A stretch of 64,000 nucleotides of DNA from an uncultured Chloroflexota bacterium (GCA_903879975.1 CAIRNL010000705.1:19513-83512); one strand, 5' to 3'. Counted from the first letter of the stretch, positions 41,496 to 53,227 are shown. Notes: generated from the sequence alone by a model not told the origin. A program made the numbers and translations.

Positions 41496-43571
41496 CTATT
41501 CTACGACCACGCTGCCACACGTCGCCGTTGACCCGACGTCGGCGCCGGCGCTGTCGCGTAGCCTCACGTTCACCGGATAGGTGCCGGCCGGCGTCATTGG
41601 ATTGAGGTTGATGTCGACCTCGTCGCGCACGATCGTCTCCACCGGCCAGGTCGACGGTGGGTCGCGGCGCAATACCTCGCCGTCACGATAGAGCCGGTCA
41701 CCCCACACACCCTCGGGGCCGACCATTTGCACACTGGGGAAATAATCCTGATCGATGGCGCCGCTGGCCCGCCACCACAGCCGCACGTGCACCCAACCGC
41801 TGGGCGGATGCATGCGATCGTCCGTCGCACTCAGCTGTGGCGTCATGATCTCGCAGGCCAGCAGGCGCAGGCCAGGTGCCAGCTCAACGTCCAGTACAGA
41901 CGCGCCGTCACTCAGCGCAGGCAGCGCGTCGTAGCGGTGGCGCAGCGCAAAGCCGGTCAGCTGGATGCCGGTCGGATACTGCTCGGTGATGGCCGGATAG
42001 TGCTGGCTGAGCCATCCGTGTACGACGCGGCTGTCGTCGACGCCGTCGAGGTGGCTCTGGACAAGCCAGAGCGTCGCAGCGCCGCTGTCCACGATGCCAC
42101 GGATGGGCGGCGCCACCACGCCCTCTGCGTCTTCTGGCTGCAACACACCGCCGAAGGGAAAATAGAGCGGCATTTCCGCCTCTGTGCGCGCCGGGCGCAA
42201 GTACCATTTCAGCGCATCACTCGTGAAGTCGACATGGCTCAACACGGCGCCAGGCACGCCGGGGCTCTGCCGTTCGTATGCGGCAATGTAGCCGGCAGCT
42301 GCACGCCAGTCTTCACGGAGCATGGCCGGCGCCCAGAGTGCAGGGAGTGCTCCGGCCAGCAGTACGCACGCCGCACCGCCCACCAGCCACGCAGCCGATC
42401 GCCGGCGCAGCACCGGCACAATCGCCCCGCGCGCCGCCGCCCACAACACAAAGGGCGCCAGAAAGACGAAATACCGATCTTCGTTGAAGACTGTGTCGCT
42501 GACCGCCAGCAGCAGATTGCCGATGAGCAGCGGTGTGCCGATCCAGAGCCAGAGCCACAGCCGGTCATCAGGGTGCCGCCCTGCATCCTCGGTGGCCGGC
42601 GATGGTCCTAGCAGTCCCATGATGACCAGCACACCAAAGAAAGCCAGCGCCGCTGTCACCCACCAATCCAGCCAGCCGGCACGCCAGATGGTGAAGATCT
42701 GTAGCTGGCGCACCATTGTCGCAGCGAAGTCCATAAAGGCCTGGCCCGGCTGTCCCTCGCTGTCGTTCACAAGCCACGCGTGGATGGCGAGGGGCAGGAA
42801 GAGCGCGCCTGTCACGGCTAGCGCTGCACTCCCTTCCAGGAAACGGCGGATGGGTGGCGCAAGCGCGGCAGGCAGCGTCGCCGCTGCAGTGTCCGGCCGG
42901 GATGCCTGCCACCACAGGCCGATCAGTGTCAGCCCCGCCGCCGGCAGCAGAAACGCACTGAAAAGATAACTGTAGAGCGCAAAGGTAAACGCTGCGATCA
43001 GCCCGCTCCACCATCCCATGCGCCGCGCAAAGGTTCTGCCTTGCCAGCCGCGCGCCAGGCAGTATGCCGCCCAGACCACGCCCGTCGTCGCTGGCTGGAA
43101 CATGCGCAACTCCTGGCTGTACCAGACCAGAGCTGGGCTCAGCGCAACCAGCGCGCCCGCCAGCACACTCGCAGCGCGCCCGCTCAGGCGCCGCACCAGG
43201 AGCAGCACGCCCAGCACGGTCAGCACGCCCAGCAGCGCGCCGAGGGAGCGCAGCGCCGCATCGGAATGTTCCAACCCAAGGAACGCCAATCCCTTCTGCC
43301 AGTAGTGGAGGAGCAGATAGTATGCCGGCGGGTGTTTGTCGTTGAGCAACGGGAAGGTGTTTGCCCAGATGAAGGCAGGGTTGTCTTCGGCCCAGTCGAG
43401 GCTCACGGCCTCGTCGAACCAGAAAGAGTGATAGTCCAGGCGCCAGAAGCGCGTGAGTGCCGCCAGCCCGATGATGGCGATCTCAGGCCACCAATCGTGC
43501 CACCTGTGCGCCGCACCGGCAGTGCGCGCTACCTGGCTGGAAGCTGCCTGCGTCTTTGCTGCACCCATCAT
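41496..43571 (-). CDS. GT39/ArnT-PMT-like GT-C membrane glycosyltransferase
   Basis: R...L...SFWFDE, HPP.YY.LL, YSQE.RM and RY; extracellular C-terminal domain with V.LWW. Confidence 0.85.
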   Translation of the reverse strand: MMGAAKTQAASSQVARTAGAAHRWHDWWPEIAIIGLAALTRFWRLDYHSFWFDEAVSLDWAEDNPAFIWANTFPLLNDKHPPAYYLLLHYWQKGLAFLGLEHSDAALRSLGALLGVLTVLGVLLLVRRLSGRAASVLAGALVALSPALVWYSQELRMFQPATTGVVWAAYCLARGWQGRTFARRMGWWSGLIAAFTFALYSYLFSAFLLPAAGLTLIGLWWQASRPDTAAATLPAALAPPIRRFLEGSAALAVTGALFLPLAIHAWLVNDSEGQPGQAFMDFAATMVRQLQIFTIWRAGWLDWWVTAALAFFGVLVIMGLLGPSPATEDAGRHPDDRLWLWLWIGTPLLIGNLLLAVSDTVFNEDRYFVFLAPFVLWAAARGAIVPVLRRRSAAWLVGGAACVLLAGALPALWAPAMLREDWRAAAGYIAAYERQSPGVPGAVLSHVDFTSDALKWYLRPARTEAEMPLYFPFGGVLQPEDAEGVVAPPIRGIVDSGAATLWLVQSHLDGVDDSRVVHGWLSQHYPAITEQYPTGIQLTGFALRHRYDALPALSDGASVLDVELAPGLRLLACEIMTPQLSATDDRMHPPSGWVHVRLWWRASGAIDQDYFPSVQMVGPEGVWGDRLYRDGEVLRRDPPSTWPVETIVRDEVDINLNPMTPAGTYPVNVRLRDSAGADVGSTATCGSVVVE

Positions 43572-45973
43572 AGGGCCAGATCACCCACAGGTGCCGTCTG
43601 GAGGAAACGCCGATAGGCTCGCACCTCGAAGAGTTCCACCGTGACCTCTTCCTGCAGCTCCGCTGCCAGGTCAGCGGTGCGTTGGATGCCGCCTGCAGTG
43701 ATCTGCACACTGTCACCGTCGCCCCATTCGACAATCTGGATGTCATTGCGCGCCTGGAGCCATAGAAGGCACTTGCGCACCAGGCTTTCTGGCACTGCAA
43801 TGCGTGCCGCCATCCTGGCGACGTCGAGCGAGCCATTGCGCCCCAGCGCATACTTACACATGCTTGCGACAGCGCGTAGCACTTCTGGAACGTTGTCGTC
43901 GGTCGTGGTCTGTACGCACAGATAGACTTGTTCTGGCACAACGGTTGCCATCATCCAGTGCAGAACGTCTGGAGAGGGGGGCGTGCTCCACAGAACGAGC
44001 GGTGTGCCGGCCGGCACATGGACGAGATCGTGGCGTGGAGCGTAGGCAATGCCCTGCGGCGCCCCGTTGCCCAGCAACGCGCCCTCGGCATACCAGGCCG
44101 CATTCGCCGGAATCTGCTGCACCGGCTGCGCGTGTCGGCGCAGATCGACGACGTTAATCGATGGCTGTGGACGGAGGGTCGGCGGGACGGCGACGGCCTC
44201 GGCTGGGCGGTGGGCAATATACATCAACTGGAGGGATCGCTCGCCGCGGTACTCGTTGACCGACAGCGTGTAGACCAGGTCGACGGCGCCGGCCACCAGC
44301 TCGGCGTCGCCGCCGCCAAACCAGACGACGTCGTACGCCGCGCCGCTGCTGCCAGCCTTGCGCACGCTGAGCTTGCGGTGCGCGCCATCTTGCCCCATGC
44401 GCCGTTCCTGGACAATCTCCAGGTCGCGGCTGATGAAGCGGGGCACCGGATTGCCCTGGCCGAATGGAGCCAGCACTGCCAGCGCCTCGGCCAATTCCAG
44501 CGACAGCATCTGCGGTTCCAACTCAGCGTCGATCAGGAGACCTGTCTCCACCGTATCGTCACGATAGCGAGGAATGGCGCGGCTCAACTCGCGGCGAAAG
44601 GCGGCAATGTTCTCTGCAAGCAGGCTCAATCCTGCCGCTCCTGGGTGCCCGCCGTGGCTGAGCAGCAGATGGCTGCATGCTGCAATCGCAGCACCGATGT
44701 CCACACCGGGGACGCTGCGTGCACTGCCGCGCGCCGGTTCGCCCGGTGGGTTGAGCAGCAGCACAGCTGGCTTGCCGAACTCTTCCACCATACGGGACGC
44801 AACGATACCTACCACGCCGGGATGCCACTGCCAGTGAGATAGAACGAGCGCATTGAATTGCAGGAGCGACGGGTCGCGGTCGACCATTTCCAGCGCCGAC
44901 TGCGTAATCTGGCTCGTCAGCAGGCGCCGTTCGCGGTTGAGACGCTCCAACTGCCCAGAGAGTTGGCTGGCACGCATGACGTCACGTGTCGTCAGCAACT
45001 CGATGGCGACCGTGGCATCGTCGAGGCGGCCGAGTGCGTTCATGCGTGGGCCAAGCTGAAATCCAATCGATTCTGCCGTCAGCGCCGCAGGCGTTACGCG
45101 CGCAACTTCCATCAGAGTCAGTAAACCGAATCGCTGTGTTGTGCGCAGGCGCTCTAACCCGCGTTGCAGCAGATAGCGCGCATCGTTGACCTGTTCGGCG
45201 ACGTCTGCCACGATGCCGAGGGCCACTAGGTCGAGCAGCGCATCCGCTTCCGCGCTGCGCCCCGCCAATTCGTACAGCCGCTGCATCAGTTTGTAGCCGA
45301 CGCCGACACCGGGCAACGTGCGCAGCGGATCACCCTCTGGCAGAAATTTCGGGTTGACAATTGCGTCTGCCCGGCGCACACTCCGCGCCCCGACTGCCCC
45401 GGCATCGAGGCCCCACAGCGGGTCCCGGTTCGGCGTCAGCGCCTGAAATTCGGCCGGCAGATCATGGTGATCGGTGACAATCACGATCAGCCCGCGATCC
45501 TTGGCAAAGCCCACCGCCTCCGCCTCGGCGATGCCGGTGTCACACGTCAGCAACAGCTGGATGGTGTCGTCCGCGTCCAGAATCTCGCGCAATTTGGCTA
45601 CCCGGATGCCGTGCCCTTCAGCCAGACGGTTGGGCACGTGGTAGCGCACGGCCCGCTCGCCGGCCAGTGTGCGTAGCGCCGTGACCAGCAACGCGGTGCT
45701 CGTCTGCCCGTCGACATCGAAATCACCCCACACCAGAATCGTCGCAGCGTCGGCGATGGCCTGCTGCAGCAACTCAGCAGCGCTCTCCACGCCGATCAGG
45801 GCGGATGGCGGCGCAGGCGTGTACTGGTTGGGGTCGAGAAACGGAGCCGCCTTCTCCGGCGTGTCCAGGCCTCGCTGGGCCAGCAACTGGGCAACCAGGC
45901 GATGCCCACCGGCAACTGTGATCAGTTCCGGCGTTGGCGTAGCGGCAGGCTTGACGACCCAGGGCTGTCGCAT
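43568..45973 (-). CDS. recJ: Single-stranded DNA exonuclease RecJ
   Basis: GDFDVDG.TS, TCDTG, TDHH, LG.VADV, GPR.NA.GRL, GSARS, GGH..AAG and APFG.GNP. Confidence 0.95.
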   Translation of the reverse strand: MRQPWVVKPAATPTPELITVAGGHRLVAQLLAQRGLDTPEKAAPFLDPNQYTPAPPSALIGVESAAELLQQAIADAATILVWGDFDVDGQTSTALLVTALRTLAGERAVRYHVPNRLAEGHGIRVAKLREILDADDTIQLLLTCDTGIAEAEAVGFAKDRGLIVIVTDHHDLPAEFQALTPNRDPLWGLDAGAVGARSVRRADAIVNPKFLPEGDPLRTLPGVGVGYKLMQRLYELAGRSAEADALLDLVALGIVADVAEQVNDARYLLQRGLERLRTTQRFGLLTLMEVARVTPAALTAESIGFQLGPRMNALGRLDDATVAIELLTTRDVMRASQLSGQLERLNRERRLLTSQITQSALEMVDRDPSLLQFNALVLSHWQWHPGVVGIVASRMVEEFGKPAVLLLNPPGEPARGSARSVPGVDIGAAIAACSHLLLSHGGHPGAAGLSLLAENIAAFRRELSRAIPRYRDDTVETGLLIDAELEPQMLSLELAEALAVLAPFGQGNPVPRFISRDLEIVQERRMGQDGAHRKLSVRKAGSSGAAYDVVWFGGGDAELVAGAVDLVYTLSVNEYRGERSLQLMYIAHRPAEAVAVPPTLRPQPSINVVDLRRHAQPVQQIPANAAWYAEGALLGNGAPQGIAYAPRHDLVHVPAGTPLVLWSTPPSPDVLHWMMATVVPEQVYLCVQTTTDDNVPEVLRAVASMCKYALGRNGSLDVARMAARIAVPESLVRKCLLWLQARNDIQIVEWGDGDSVQITAGGIQRTADLAAELQEEVTVELFEVRAYRRFLQTAPVGDLAL

Positions 45974-45974
45974 C

Positions 45975-46859
45975 TTAAAAAGCCAATTCTTCCACATCGT
46001 CGAGGGTGAATTCCAGCGCCTTTTCGAGGTCGATGGCAAAAAAGTCCTCGGCGTCGTCCAGATCGTTGAGGTCACCGGCTGCAGCGCCGCGGTTGCAGCG
46101 GCTGCGATAGATGCAGAACGCACAGAAACGGCGGCGATGAGTCGGCGTATCCGCCACCTTGGGAAAGTCGGCTGCGCTGCTGCCGCCCAGGATCTCGCCA
46201 AGCAGACGCTGCAAGCGGGCATGGTTGGCGGCGTGCTGCGCTGCGTCGTAGCGGAAGGTGACGGGCTGGCCAGGTGCCGCCGTGAACCAGTAGCGCATCT
46301 CCACCTGTTCGGGGCGCACAGGGCCCCACGGCAGTCCGGCGCTGGCTTCGACGAGCACATAGGGATAGACGATGCTCTGCCAGCGCTGCCGCAGCGTACT
46401 CGGATCGCCGCGGCGTTTCGCTGTCTTCCAGTCGACGATGACAGCACGGCCATGCTGTTCAGCCGCAATCAGATCATACTTGGCGGCAAGTCGAAAGGGG
46501 CTCTCTGCCGGCGCGTCGCCGGCGCGCTGAAAGGGGATTGACAGCACGCGCTCGATCTCGCGGGCGGCGTCGGGCAGATCGTTGGGGCGGTGTGCCAGAT
46601 AGGCGTCGAACCAGCCTGCCAGTGGCAGTTCCAGCCCGACGCTGACCTCCTCGGGCACAATGCCAATTTCAACGCGCTGCACCAGACGGTGGAAACGTTC
46701 ACCCAGACGCAGAACGGCCTCGTGCTCCTGAATGGGCGATGCCTCGATCGCCGGCCACGGCAGCTGCTCGACGTAGGCTAGCCAGAAGCGACGCGGGCAG
46801 TCCTCAAACGCCTGGAGGCTCGATTGCGAGAATGAAAAAGTAGGTGGCAGCAGGGTCAC
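45975..46859 (-). CDS. PD-(D/E)XK nuclease (PDDEXK_1; AddB/Cas4-like with 1+3 Cys Fe-S motif)
   Basis: SQSSL..F..CPRRF, G..FH, KYDL, VDWKT, Q...Y and C-terminal CAFCIYRSRC; GTG start inferred. Confidence 0.85.
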   Translation of the reverse strand: MTLLPPTFSFSQSSLQAFEDCPRRFWLAYVEQLPWPAIEASPIQEHEAVLRLGERFHRLVQRVEIGIVPEEVSVGLELPLAGWFDAYLAHRPNDLPDAAREIERVLSIPFQRAGDAPAESPFRLAAKYDLIAAEQHGRAVIVDWKTAKRRGDPSTLRQRWQSIVYPYVLVEASAGLPWGPVRPEQVEMRYWFTAAPGQPVTFRYDAAQHAANHARLQRLLGEILGGSSAADFPKVADTPTHRRRFCAFCIYRSRCNRGAAAGDLNDLDDAEDFFAIDLEKALEFTLDDVEELAF

Positions 46860-46968
46860 GGTTGCCTTCGCTTCATAAGTTCGTCGCCGCGCCGCACACT
46901 CGCAGGCCGATGACACCCTATTGTACTGCGCGTCGCAGGCGCCGCCCAACCGGCGCTATCCCGGCAAT

Positions 46969-48150
46969 TCACAGAACTGCGGAGCCTGGCTCCAGCCCGC
47001 GCGCAGCCACGTCCCGGTAGAGCGCAGCCGTCTGCGCAGCACAGCTCTCCCAGCGGAAGCGGGCTGCCTGTGCCAGACCCAGCGCGCGCAGGCGCGCCGC
47101 CAGTGCCGGCTGTGTCAGGACAAGTGCCACGGCATCGGCCAGCGCAGCTGGGTCGTGCGGAGCGACGAGCAGCGCCGCATCGCCGGCTACCTCGGGCAGG
47201 CTGCCGGCGTCGCTGCACACGACGGGCGCGGCACAGGCCATGGCCTCCAACACGGGAAAGCCGAAACCTTCGTAGAGGCTGGGGAGCAACACGCACGCTG
47301 CGCCGGAATAGAGCGCCGGCAATTCGACGGCAGACACGTAGCCGGCAAAGCAAACGTCAGCGGCCAGGCCGAGTTCGTCGACGAGCCGACGGATGGGCTC
47401 GAAGAGCCACCCGCTCCCGCCGGCGATCACCAGGCGATGGGGCAGGCCGGCAGCCTTGAGGCTGGCCAACGCCTGCAGCGCCATCATATGATTCTTGCGC
47501 GGTTCCAGCGTGCCGACCATGAGCAGATAAGGGCGGCCGGGACTGTAGCGCGCCGTAACAGCCGCCACCGCCGCTGCGTCGGTGGGACGAAAGCCGGCAT
47601 CGATGCCTTCGTAGATGACATAGATTTTGTCTGACGCCACACCATAGAGATCGATCAGATCGCGGCGCGTATGCTGGCTCACCGCAATAATCGCATCCGC
47701 AGCTCGCACAAAGAGACGCATACCCACCTTGAGGAACCACGTATTGCGCCGTGTGTGATGCTCGGGATAGCGCTCGAAGATCAGATCGTGTACGGTGAGC
47801 ACGGTCGGCGTGCGCAGATAGGGCAGCAGGTGTTCGGTGGCGTGGTAGACCGCAGGGGCATGCTCCTGCGGCGTGAGAAGGCGGGCGATCGGCGCATAGG
47901 GACGGCGTACAACCTGGCTGGCCAATACACTCAGCCGCCACGCATACTGCCCCATCCCAATGCAGTCGGCTGGCGCAGCGTGCAGGCTTGCCGGCACGCT
48001 GTGGCCGCTGTGCGCATTGTAGAAAAGGCGCAGGTCGACGCCAGCCAGCGGGTCGCCTACCAGCTGAACAGCCAACTGCTCAGCGTAGCGCGCCAGCCCA
48101 GCCCCTTGGTGCACCGCAGGGCCAATGTCGTAGCGGACAGATACAGTCAC
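46969..48150 (-). CDS. GT4 family glycosyltransferase
   Basis: TVHDL, AVS..T..D, GTLEPRKN and PSLYEGFGFPVLEAMAC. Confidence 0.93.
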   Translation of the reverse strand: MTVSVRYDIGPAVHQGAGLARYAEQLAVQLVGDPLAGVDLRLFYNAHSGHSVPASLHAAPADCIGMGQYAWRLSVLASQVVRRPYAPIARLLTPQEHAPAVYHATEHLLPYLRTPTVLTVHDLIFERYPEHHTRRNTWFLKVGMRLFVRAADAIIAVSQHTRRDLIDLYGVASDKIYVIYEGIDAGFRPTDAAAVAAVTARYSPGRPYLLMVGTLEPRKNHMMALQALASLKAAGLPHRLVIAGGSGWLFEPIRRLVDELGLAADVCFAGYVSAVELPALYSGAACVLLPSLYEGFGFPVLEAMACAAPVVCSDAGSLPEVAGDAALLVAPHDPAALADAVALVLTQPALAARLRALGLAQAARFRWESCAAQTAALYRDVAARGLEPGSAVL

Positions 48151-48156
48151 ACGTTC

Positions 48157-48819
48157 CTACTCGTTGAGCAGTGCCTGCACGCGGCTCACAATCATCTCCA
48201 TCGCCACACGGTTGTTGCCACCCTGCGGCACAATGATGTCAGCATAACGCTTGCTTGGCTCCACAAATTCCATGTGCATCGGGCGCACACTGCCCAGATA
48301 TTGCTTGACAACCGAGTCGAGGCTGCGGCCGCGCTCTACCATGTCGCGGCGCAGGCGGCGAATGAAGCGGAGGTCGGCATCCGTATCGACAAAAATGCGC
48401 ATATCCATCAGTTCGCGCAGGGCCGGCTCCGTGTAGATCAGAATACCTTCGACTAGGATGACCTTGGCTGGCTTGACACGCTGCGTCTCCGGGCCGCGAT
48501 TGTGCGCGGCAAAATCATAGAGCGGCATGTCAATCGGCCGCCCGGCGCGCAGTTCGCGCAGGTGGCGCACCAGCAACGACGTCTCCAGGCTGTCAGGATG
48601 GTCGTAGTTGGTCTGCGCCCGTTCCTCCGGCGTGAGATGGCTCTGGTCGCGGTAGTAGTTGTCATGCTGGATGTAGGCCAGGCGCTCACGGCCCACTGCC
48701 TCCCAGATGCGGCTACTGACGGTGGTCTTGCCACTCCCCGTGCCGCCGGCCACGCCAATCACAGAAACGCTCGGCACGCGTGTTTCCTCCAACTCGGCCA
48801 GCGACGCACCTGTACTCAT
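48157..48819 (-). CDS. udk: Uridine kinase
   Basis: GVAGGTGSGKT, D.YY, NYDHP, EGIL, RR..RD..ERGR and PMH..FVEPSK.YAD. Confidence 0.96.
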   Translation of the reverse strand: MSTGASLAELEETRVPSVSVIGVAGGTGSGKTTVSSRIWEAVGRERLAYIQHDNYYRDQSHLTPEERAQTNYDHPDSLETSLLVRHLRELRAGRPIDMPLYDFAAHNRGPETQRVKPAKVILVEGILIYTEPALRELMDMRIFVDTDADLRFIRRLRRDMVERGRSLDSVVKQYLGSVRPMHMEFVEPSKRYADIIVPQGGNNRVAMEMIVSRVQALLNE

Positions 48820-50345
48820 GTTGGCTGCTCCTGTACCGCGCTTGCCGCGGTACGTTCGGCCTGCCGGCGGCGCACTGCGTCGAGTGCAGCAGGCCAGTCA
48901 GTCTGAACGACGAGCACACTCCGCTCGACAGGCCACGGCCCGCACTGTGCCAGGAAAAAGGCTGGCCGGCCGTAAATCCCCCACAGGCCGGCGAGTGCCA
49001 GCAGCACAGCGGGCATCACCAGCCACAGGCCGGGTGACGTATAGGCCTGTACCCGTATCATCGGCATAGGCACAAAGCCCAGCGCAATCTCACCGAAAGG
49101 TGTGCCAATACGTTCTACCTGGCTGTGCCCGACCATGAAGCGCTGCACGGGCTCATCGCGATCACCCTGGAAGACCTCGACGACGAACGAATCATCGGCC
49201 GCAGGCGCAGTGCCGTTGTCCTGGCGGATCACACGCAGTCCCACGGCCTTTTGCGGCAGGACCAGCGTCTCCTCGCTGCCGGGGCTGGGAAAGCCGAGGC
49301 CGAGCATCGCCACCGTGTTGGCCTGGCCCGGCCGCGCCAGCTGCGTAGAATCATCGAGGGTGCGCACAAGCAAGCCGGGCGAGCCGGGCTGCGCACGGAT
49401 GGTGACGCCGTTGACTGTGGCCTGCACGAGCCCCACGAGCGGAAACTGGCGCCGCTCGCCCTTGACAGCCACGCTCACCGCCGCACCGATGCTGTTCACA
49501 CTCGGATAGAGCAATTCGTACTCGAAGGTAACGCCAAGGGATGGCTCCGACGCACGTTCAGCGGGCAGCAGAGGCGACGGTAAAAATTGCTGGCCGGCCA
49601 TGCTATTCCACCACAGACCGACCAGGATCAACAGCATAGCAATGGGCAACAGCGGGCGCACCTGCGCCTCCAGCCGGCCGCGCTGCGCCAGGAGTCGTTC
49701 CTCCAACACGGAGTCCGGTGCAGACTCGCCCTCCAGGGTCTGCGCCGGGGCGGGCCGCACGCGCACTGTGCGACGCTCGATGTGCGTCGCCCAGCCGGCT
49801 ACCTCCGTTTCAACTTCAGCGCTGGCGGCCAGCACCGGCGCTGGAAAGGCCGCACGCCAGCGCAGCACGCGCACCGGCAGAGGTGCTGTCACTGCTTCGC
49901 CGCCTGGATCGCTGCTCTGGTCGAGCGCAGCAGACAGCTGGCGAAAGCGGATTGCAAAGAGGATGGCGCTGGCGCTCTGCACCAGCAGCAGGAAAAACGC
50001 TGTGGCCAACAGCACGCGCAAAGCTGCGCTGTGCAGAACATCGAACAGGCCGAAACTACGCAGCCAGCGACCTGCCGTGCCGAACATTTCAGCGGTGGCC
50101 GTGAGCCAACGCTCGGCCGCCGCCGGCTCATCCTGAAACTGGCCCGGTAACTGCGGCAACAACAGGCTGGCTATCAGCAGCACACCCAGCAGGCTGACAA
50201 CCGCCAGCAGCAGCCACGGGTCGCAGAGAACCTGCCACAGCAGCGTGCCCACGTCACGGCCGCGGGCGCCGCCTTCCATGGCCGGTGCATCCGCTTCAGG
50301 CATCGGCGCCTGCGCTGCTGGCTGCACGGCTGGCTCCCTCGTCAT
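48816..50345 (-). CDS. ResB-like membrane protein
   Basis: TM-LPQ...FGLFDV.HS..-TM N-terminal pattern, large extracytoplasmic region, C-terminal PG.WL..TM; overlaps dinG stop and udk start. Confidence 0.55.
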   Translation of the reverse strand: MTREPAVQPAAQAPMPEADAPAMEGGARGRDVGTLLWQVLCDPWLLLAVVSLLGVLLIASLLLPQLPGQFQDEPAAAERWLTATAEMFGTAGRWLRSFGLFDVLHSAALRVLLATAFFLLLVQSASAILFAIRFRQLSAALDQSSDPGGEAVTAPLPVRVLRWRAAFPAPVLAASAEVETEVAGWATHIERRTVRVRPAPAQTLEGESAPDSVLEERLLAQRGRLEAQVRPLLPIAMLLILVGLWWNSMAGQQFLPSPLLPAERASEPSLGVTFEYELLYPSVNSIGAAVSVAVKGERRQFPLVGLVQATVNGVTIRAQPGSPGLLVRTLDDSTQLARPGQANTVAMLGLGFPSPGSEETLVLPQKAVGLRVIRQDNGTAPAADDSFVVEVFQGDRDEPVQRFMVGHSQVERIGTPFGEIALGFVPMPMIRVQAYTSPGLWLVMPAVLLALAGLWGIYGRPAFFLAQCGPWPVERSVLVVQTDWPAALDAVRRRQAERTAASAVQEQPT

Positions 50346-53158
50346 AGCGGATGATTCAACCAGTTTCCAACGGCGTTGGCCAGATTGGAGAGCGGCGCGC
50401 GGCGCAGGGTACACTCTGGCAGCGCATCGAGAAAGGCCTGCCCGTACGGCTTGCGCCACACGCGGCTGTCAAGCAGCACGACCACGCCGCGATCTCCGGC
50501 GCGCCGAACGAGGCGGCCAAAACCCTGCCGGAAGCGCAGCACCGCATCGGGCACTGTATAGTCGTTGAACGGATCGTCGCATTCTGCACTGCGCGCCGCC
50601 ACCATCGGCTCGCTCGGCACCGCAAAGGGCAGGCGGGCAATGAGCAGGCAACGCAGCTCGTCGCCCGGCAGGTCGACCCCCTCCCAGAAACTGCGTGTCC
50701 CCAACAGGACAGCCTGCTCACTGGCGCGGAACTCGCGCAGCAGGCGGCTGCGGCTGCTCTGCCCGTGCTGAAGAACCGCCACCCCCATACGCTCGAGCGA
50801 TGTACGTACCGCATCGGCTGTGGCGCGCACCTGCTGGAAACTGGTGAAAAGCGCCAGCGTGTGGCCCTGGCAGGCGAGTGCAGCCTGCTCCACCGCCTGC
50901 TCCACAAACTGCTGGTACCGCCCATCGTTCGGCAGCGGCATGTCGCTCGGCAGATAGAGCAGAACGCTGCGCTTGTAGTCGAAGGGGCTTTCCATCGTCG
51001 CAATCTTGACATCCCACAGGCCCAGCCGCTCGCGCAGATACGTGAAGCCGGTACTGGTGCGCAGCGTGGCCCCTGTGAAAATCGCGCTGCGCCGTGCCAG
51101 AACCAGCCCCTGCTCCACCACTTCCTGCACCGAAATGGGCGCCAGCGCCAGCGTCACAATCTCGCCATGTTCGCCTACTTCCATCCATGCCACCACATCA
51201 TGGCGGCTCCCGCGCGGCGCCAGCACGATCTCGTCCAGGCGGCGGGACAGTTCGTCCAGAGTGCCAACGAGGATGCGGCATTCGGCTACCAGGCTGACGG
51301 TGCGTTCCTCCTCATCCCAATGCGCGCGCTCCATGGCTGCAACGGCGCTGGCAAGATCTTCAACCAGCGTACGGAGGGTACGGCTGGCGTGATCCCACTC
51401 AATCTCTATCTCGCTCCACAGCGGCTGGCTGCGCACTTTGCTGTCCAGGGCTAGACGCTGTACGTAAGCACCATCGCTGCGGAGCTCGCTGTGGGTGCGC
51501 GCAAAGTTGCTCAGCAGTTCGGCAAAAGCAGCGAGACGCTGGCTCGTGCGCCGCGCCTGAGCGGCGAGCGCTGGCACTGCTTCGCGCAGAGACGAAAGAC
51601 GGGCGTCGGCCGCATGACGGTGCAGTTGCGCCGCCAGATCGCCGTCGACGGCCAACCGTCCCAGCGCCGCACTCACCTCCGTCCACTCGACACGGTAGGT
51701 TAGTTGCTCGGTAGCAGCCTCTTCCAGGCGGTGCGCCTCGTCGATGATCAGATGAGCGTAGGTGGGCAGCACGCGACCTGCCACCGCCAGGTCGGCCAGC
51801 AGCAACGCATGGTTGACGACGATGAGATGTGCTTCTTCGGCGCTGCGCTTGGCTTCCAGATAGAAGTCGGCGTCGGGCAGACCATAGGCCGCGCCCAGCA
51901 CACGGCTGCACCGATCGGTCTCACATGCGACGCCGTCGGAGCCGAAACGCCGCCAGATCGCCTGCTCCGTGCTGTTGAACAGAGCAAGTTCGGCGGCGTC
52001 ACCTGTCTGCGTGGTGGGGAGCCACACGAGCACCTTGGCGAGTACAGTGAGTTCACGCGGGCTGAGGCGGTGGTGGGTGCGCCATTCATGGAAGCGCCGT
52101 GTGCAGATGTAGTGCTGGCGTCCCTTGAGCAACGCAACGCGCAGCGGCGGCAGGCCGCGCGCCGCCAGGAGCGCAGCCACCTGGGGAATCTCCTTCTCCA
52201 GCAGCTGCTCCTGCAAATGGATGGTATTCGTAGCGACGACGACGCGATCGTCGTTGGCCACAGCCCACAGCGCGGCCGGCAGCAGATAGGCAAGGCTTTT
52301 GCCCGTGCCCGTGCCCGCTTCGACGAGCAGGTGGTCGCCCTCATTGAACGCTTGCATCACCTGCTGCGCCATCGCAACTTGCCCGCTGCGTCGCTCGAAG
52401 GTGGGGCCGAGCAATGTGTGGAGCGGCCCACCCTCAGCAAAGAGGGTCTCGACCATGGCCGGCGCAACGGTCACCGGCGCGTCCTGCGCAGTGGCGATCA
52501 GCCGTTCGGTGACTGGGGCGCGCTGAAAGACCGGCGCCCAGTCCCCAGGCGCCCCTTCAGCCAGCAAGGCAGCGCCATCGGCAAAGAAGCCGGCCAGTGG
52601 CCAGCCACTCTCTTCAGCGCTCTCGGCGATGAGGCGCACGATGGCCGGCGGCAGCGCCAACATGCGGGCGTGGAGAATGCGAAAGAGATGGCCCGTTGCC
52701 TCAGCGTCGTCCGGCGCACGGTGCGCGTCGACCAGCGGAATGTCGAAGTGCAGGCAGAGCTCGCCCAGGTTGTAGCTTGCTGCGCCCGGCAGCAGGATGG
52801 TAGCGAGCTCGACGGTGTCGTACGCCGGGCGGCGAAAATTGACGCCGGCCGCACGCAGGAAACCGAGATCGAAATCGGCATTGTGGGCGATGACGGCGCT
52901 GACCTCGCTGCCGACGAAGGCGAGCACTTCGGGCAACACACGCTCGAGGGGGGGCGCATCGATCACGTCGACGTCGCGAATCCCCGTGATTTGTGTGATG
53001 CGCGGGGGAATGGCGCGCAGAGGATTGACCAGAGAACTGAAGCGTTCGATGACTCGGTCGCCGCTGAACTTGACCGCGCCGATCTCGATAATCGCATCTC
53101 GGGACATGTCCAGGCCGGTGGTTTCCAGGTCAAGCGCGACATAGACGCGCTCTGCCAT
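50342..53158 (-). CDS. dinG: DinG-family helicase with N-terminal DEDDh 3'-5' exonuclease
   Basis: DLETTG...HNA.FD...HRA.DDA; EAGTGTGKS.AYL, LKGR.HY.C, DEAH, SFWEGVD.PG and QG.GRL.R. Confidence 0.93.
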   Translation of the reverse strand: MAERVYVALDLETTGLDMSRDAIIEIGAVKFSGDRVIERFSSLVNPLRAIPPRITQITGIRDVDVIDAPPLERVLPEVLAFVGSEVSAVIAHNADFDLGFLRAAGVNFRRPAYDTVELATILLPGAASYNLGELCLHFDIPLVDAHRAPDDAEATGHLFRILHARMLALPPAIVRLIAESAEESGWPLAGFFADGAALLAEGAPGDWAPVFQRAPVTERLIATAQDAPVTVAPAMVETLFAEGGPLHTLLGPTFERRSGQVAMAQQVMQAFNEGDHLLVEAGTGTGKSLAYLLPAALWAVANDDRVVVATNTIHLQEQLLEKEIPQVAALLAARGLPPLRVALLKGRQHYICTRRFHEWRTHHRLSPRELTVLAKVLVWLPTTQTGDAAELALFNSTEQAIWRRFGSDGVACETDRCSRVLGAAYGLPDADFYLEAKRSAEEAHLIVVNHALLLADLAVAGRVLPTYAHLIIDEAHRLEEAATEQLTYRVEWTEVSAALGRLAVDGDLAAQLHRHAADARLSSLREAVPALAAQARRTSQRLAAFAELLSNFARTHSELRSDGAYVQRLALDSKVRSQPLWSEIEIEWDHASRTLRTLVEDLASAVAAMERAHWDEEERTVSLVAECRILVGTLDELSRRLDEIVLAPRGSRHDVVAWMEVGEHGEIVTLALAPISVQEVVEQGLVLARRSAIFTGATLRTSTGFTYLRERLGLWDVKIATMESPFDYKRSVLLYLPSDMPLPNDGRYQQFVEQAVEQAALACQGHTLALFTSFQQVRATADAVRTSLERMGVAVLQHGQSSRSRLLREFRASEQAVLLGTRSFWEGVDLPGDELRCLLIARLPFAVPSEPMVAARSAECDDPFNDYTVPDAVLRFRQGFGRLVRRAGDRGVVVLLDSRVWRKPYGQAFLDALPECTLRRAPLSNLANAVGNWLNHPL

Positions 53159-53227
53159 GCGATAGGGTTTCCTTGCTAGGTGTAGGTGCACAGCGAACAA
53201 CTGGCACGCAAAAAGCAGATCGACTTC

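Noticed and set aside
45975-53158. Cas4-like nuclease plus DinG as a type IV CRISPR-Cas system
   Set aside because: No repeat-spacer array and no cas5/6/7 or csf genes; the DinG is the housekeeping exonuclease-fused type
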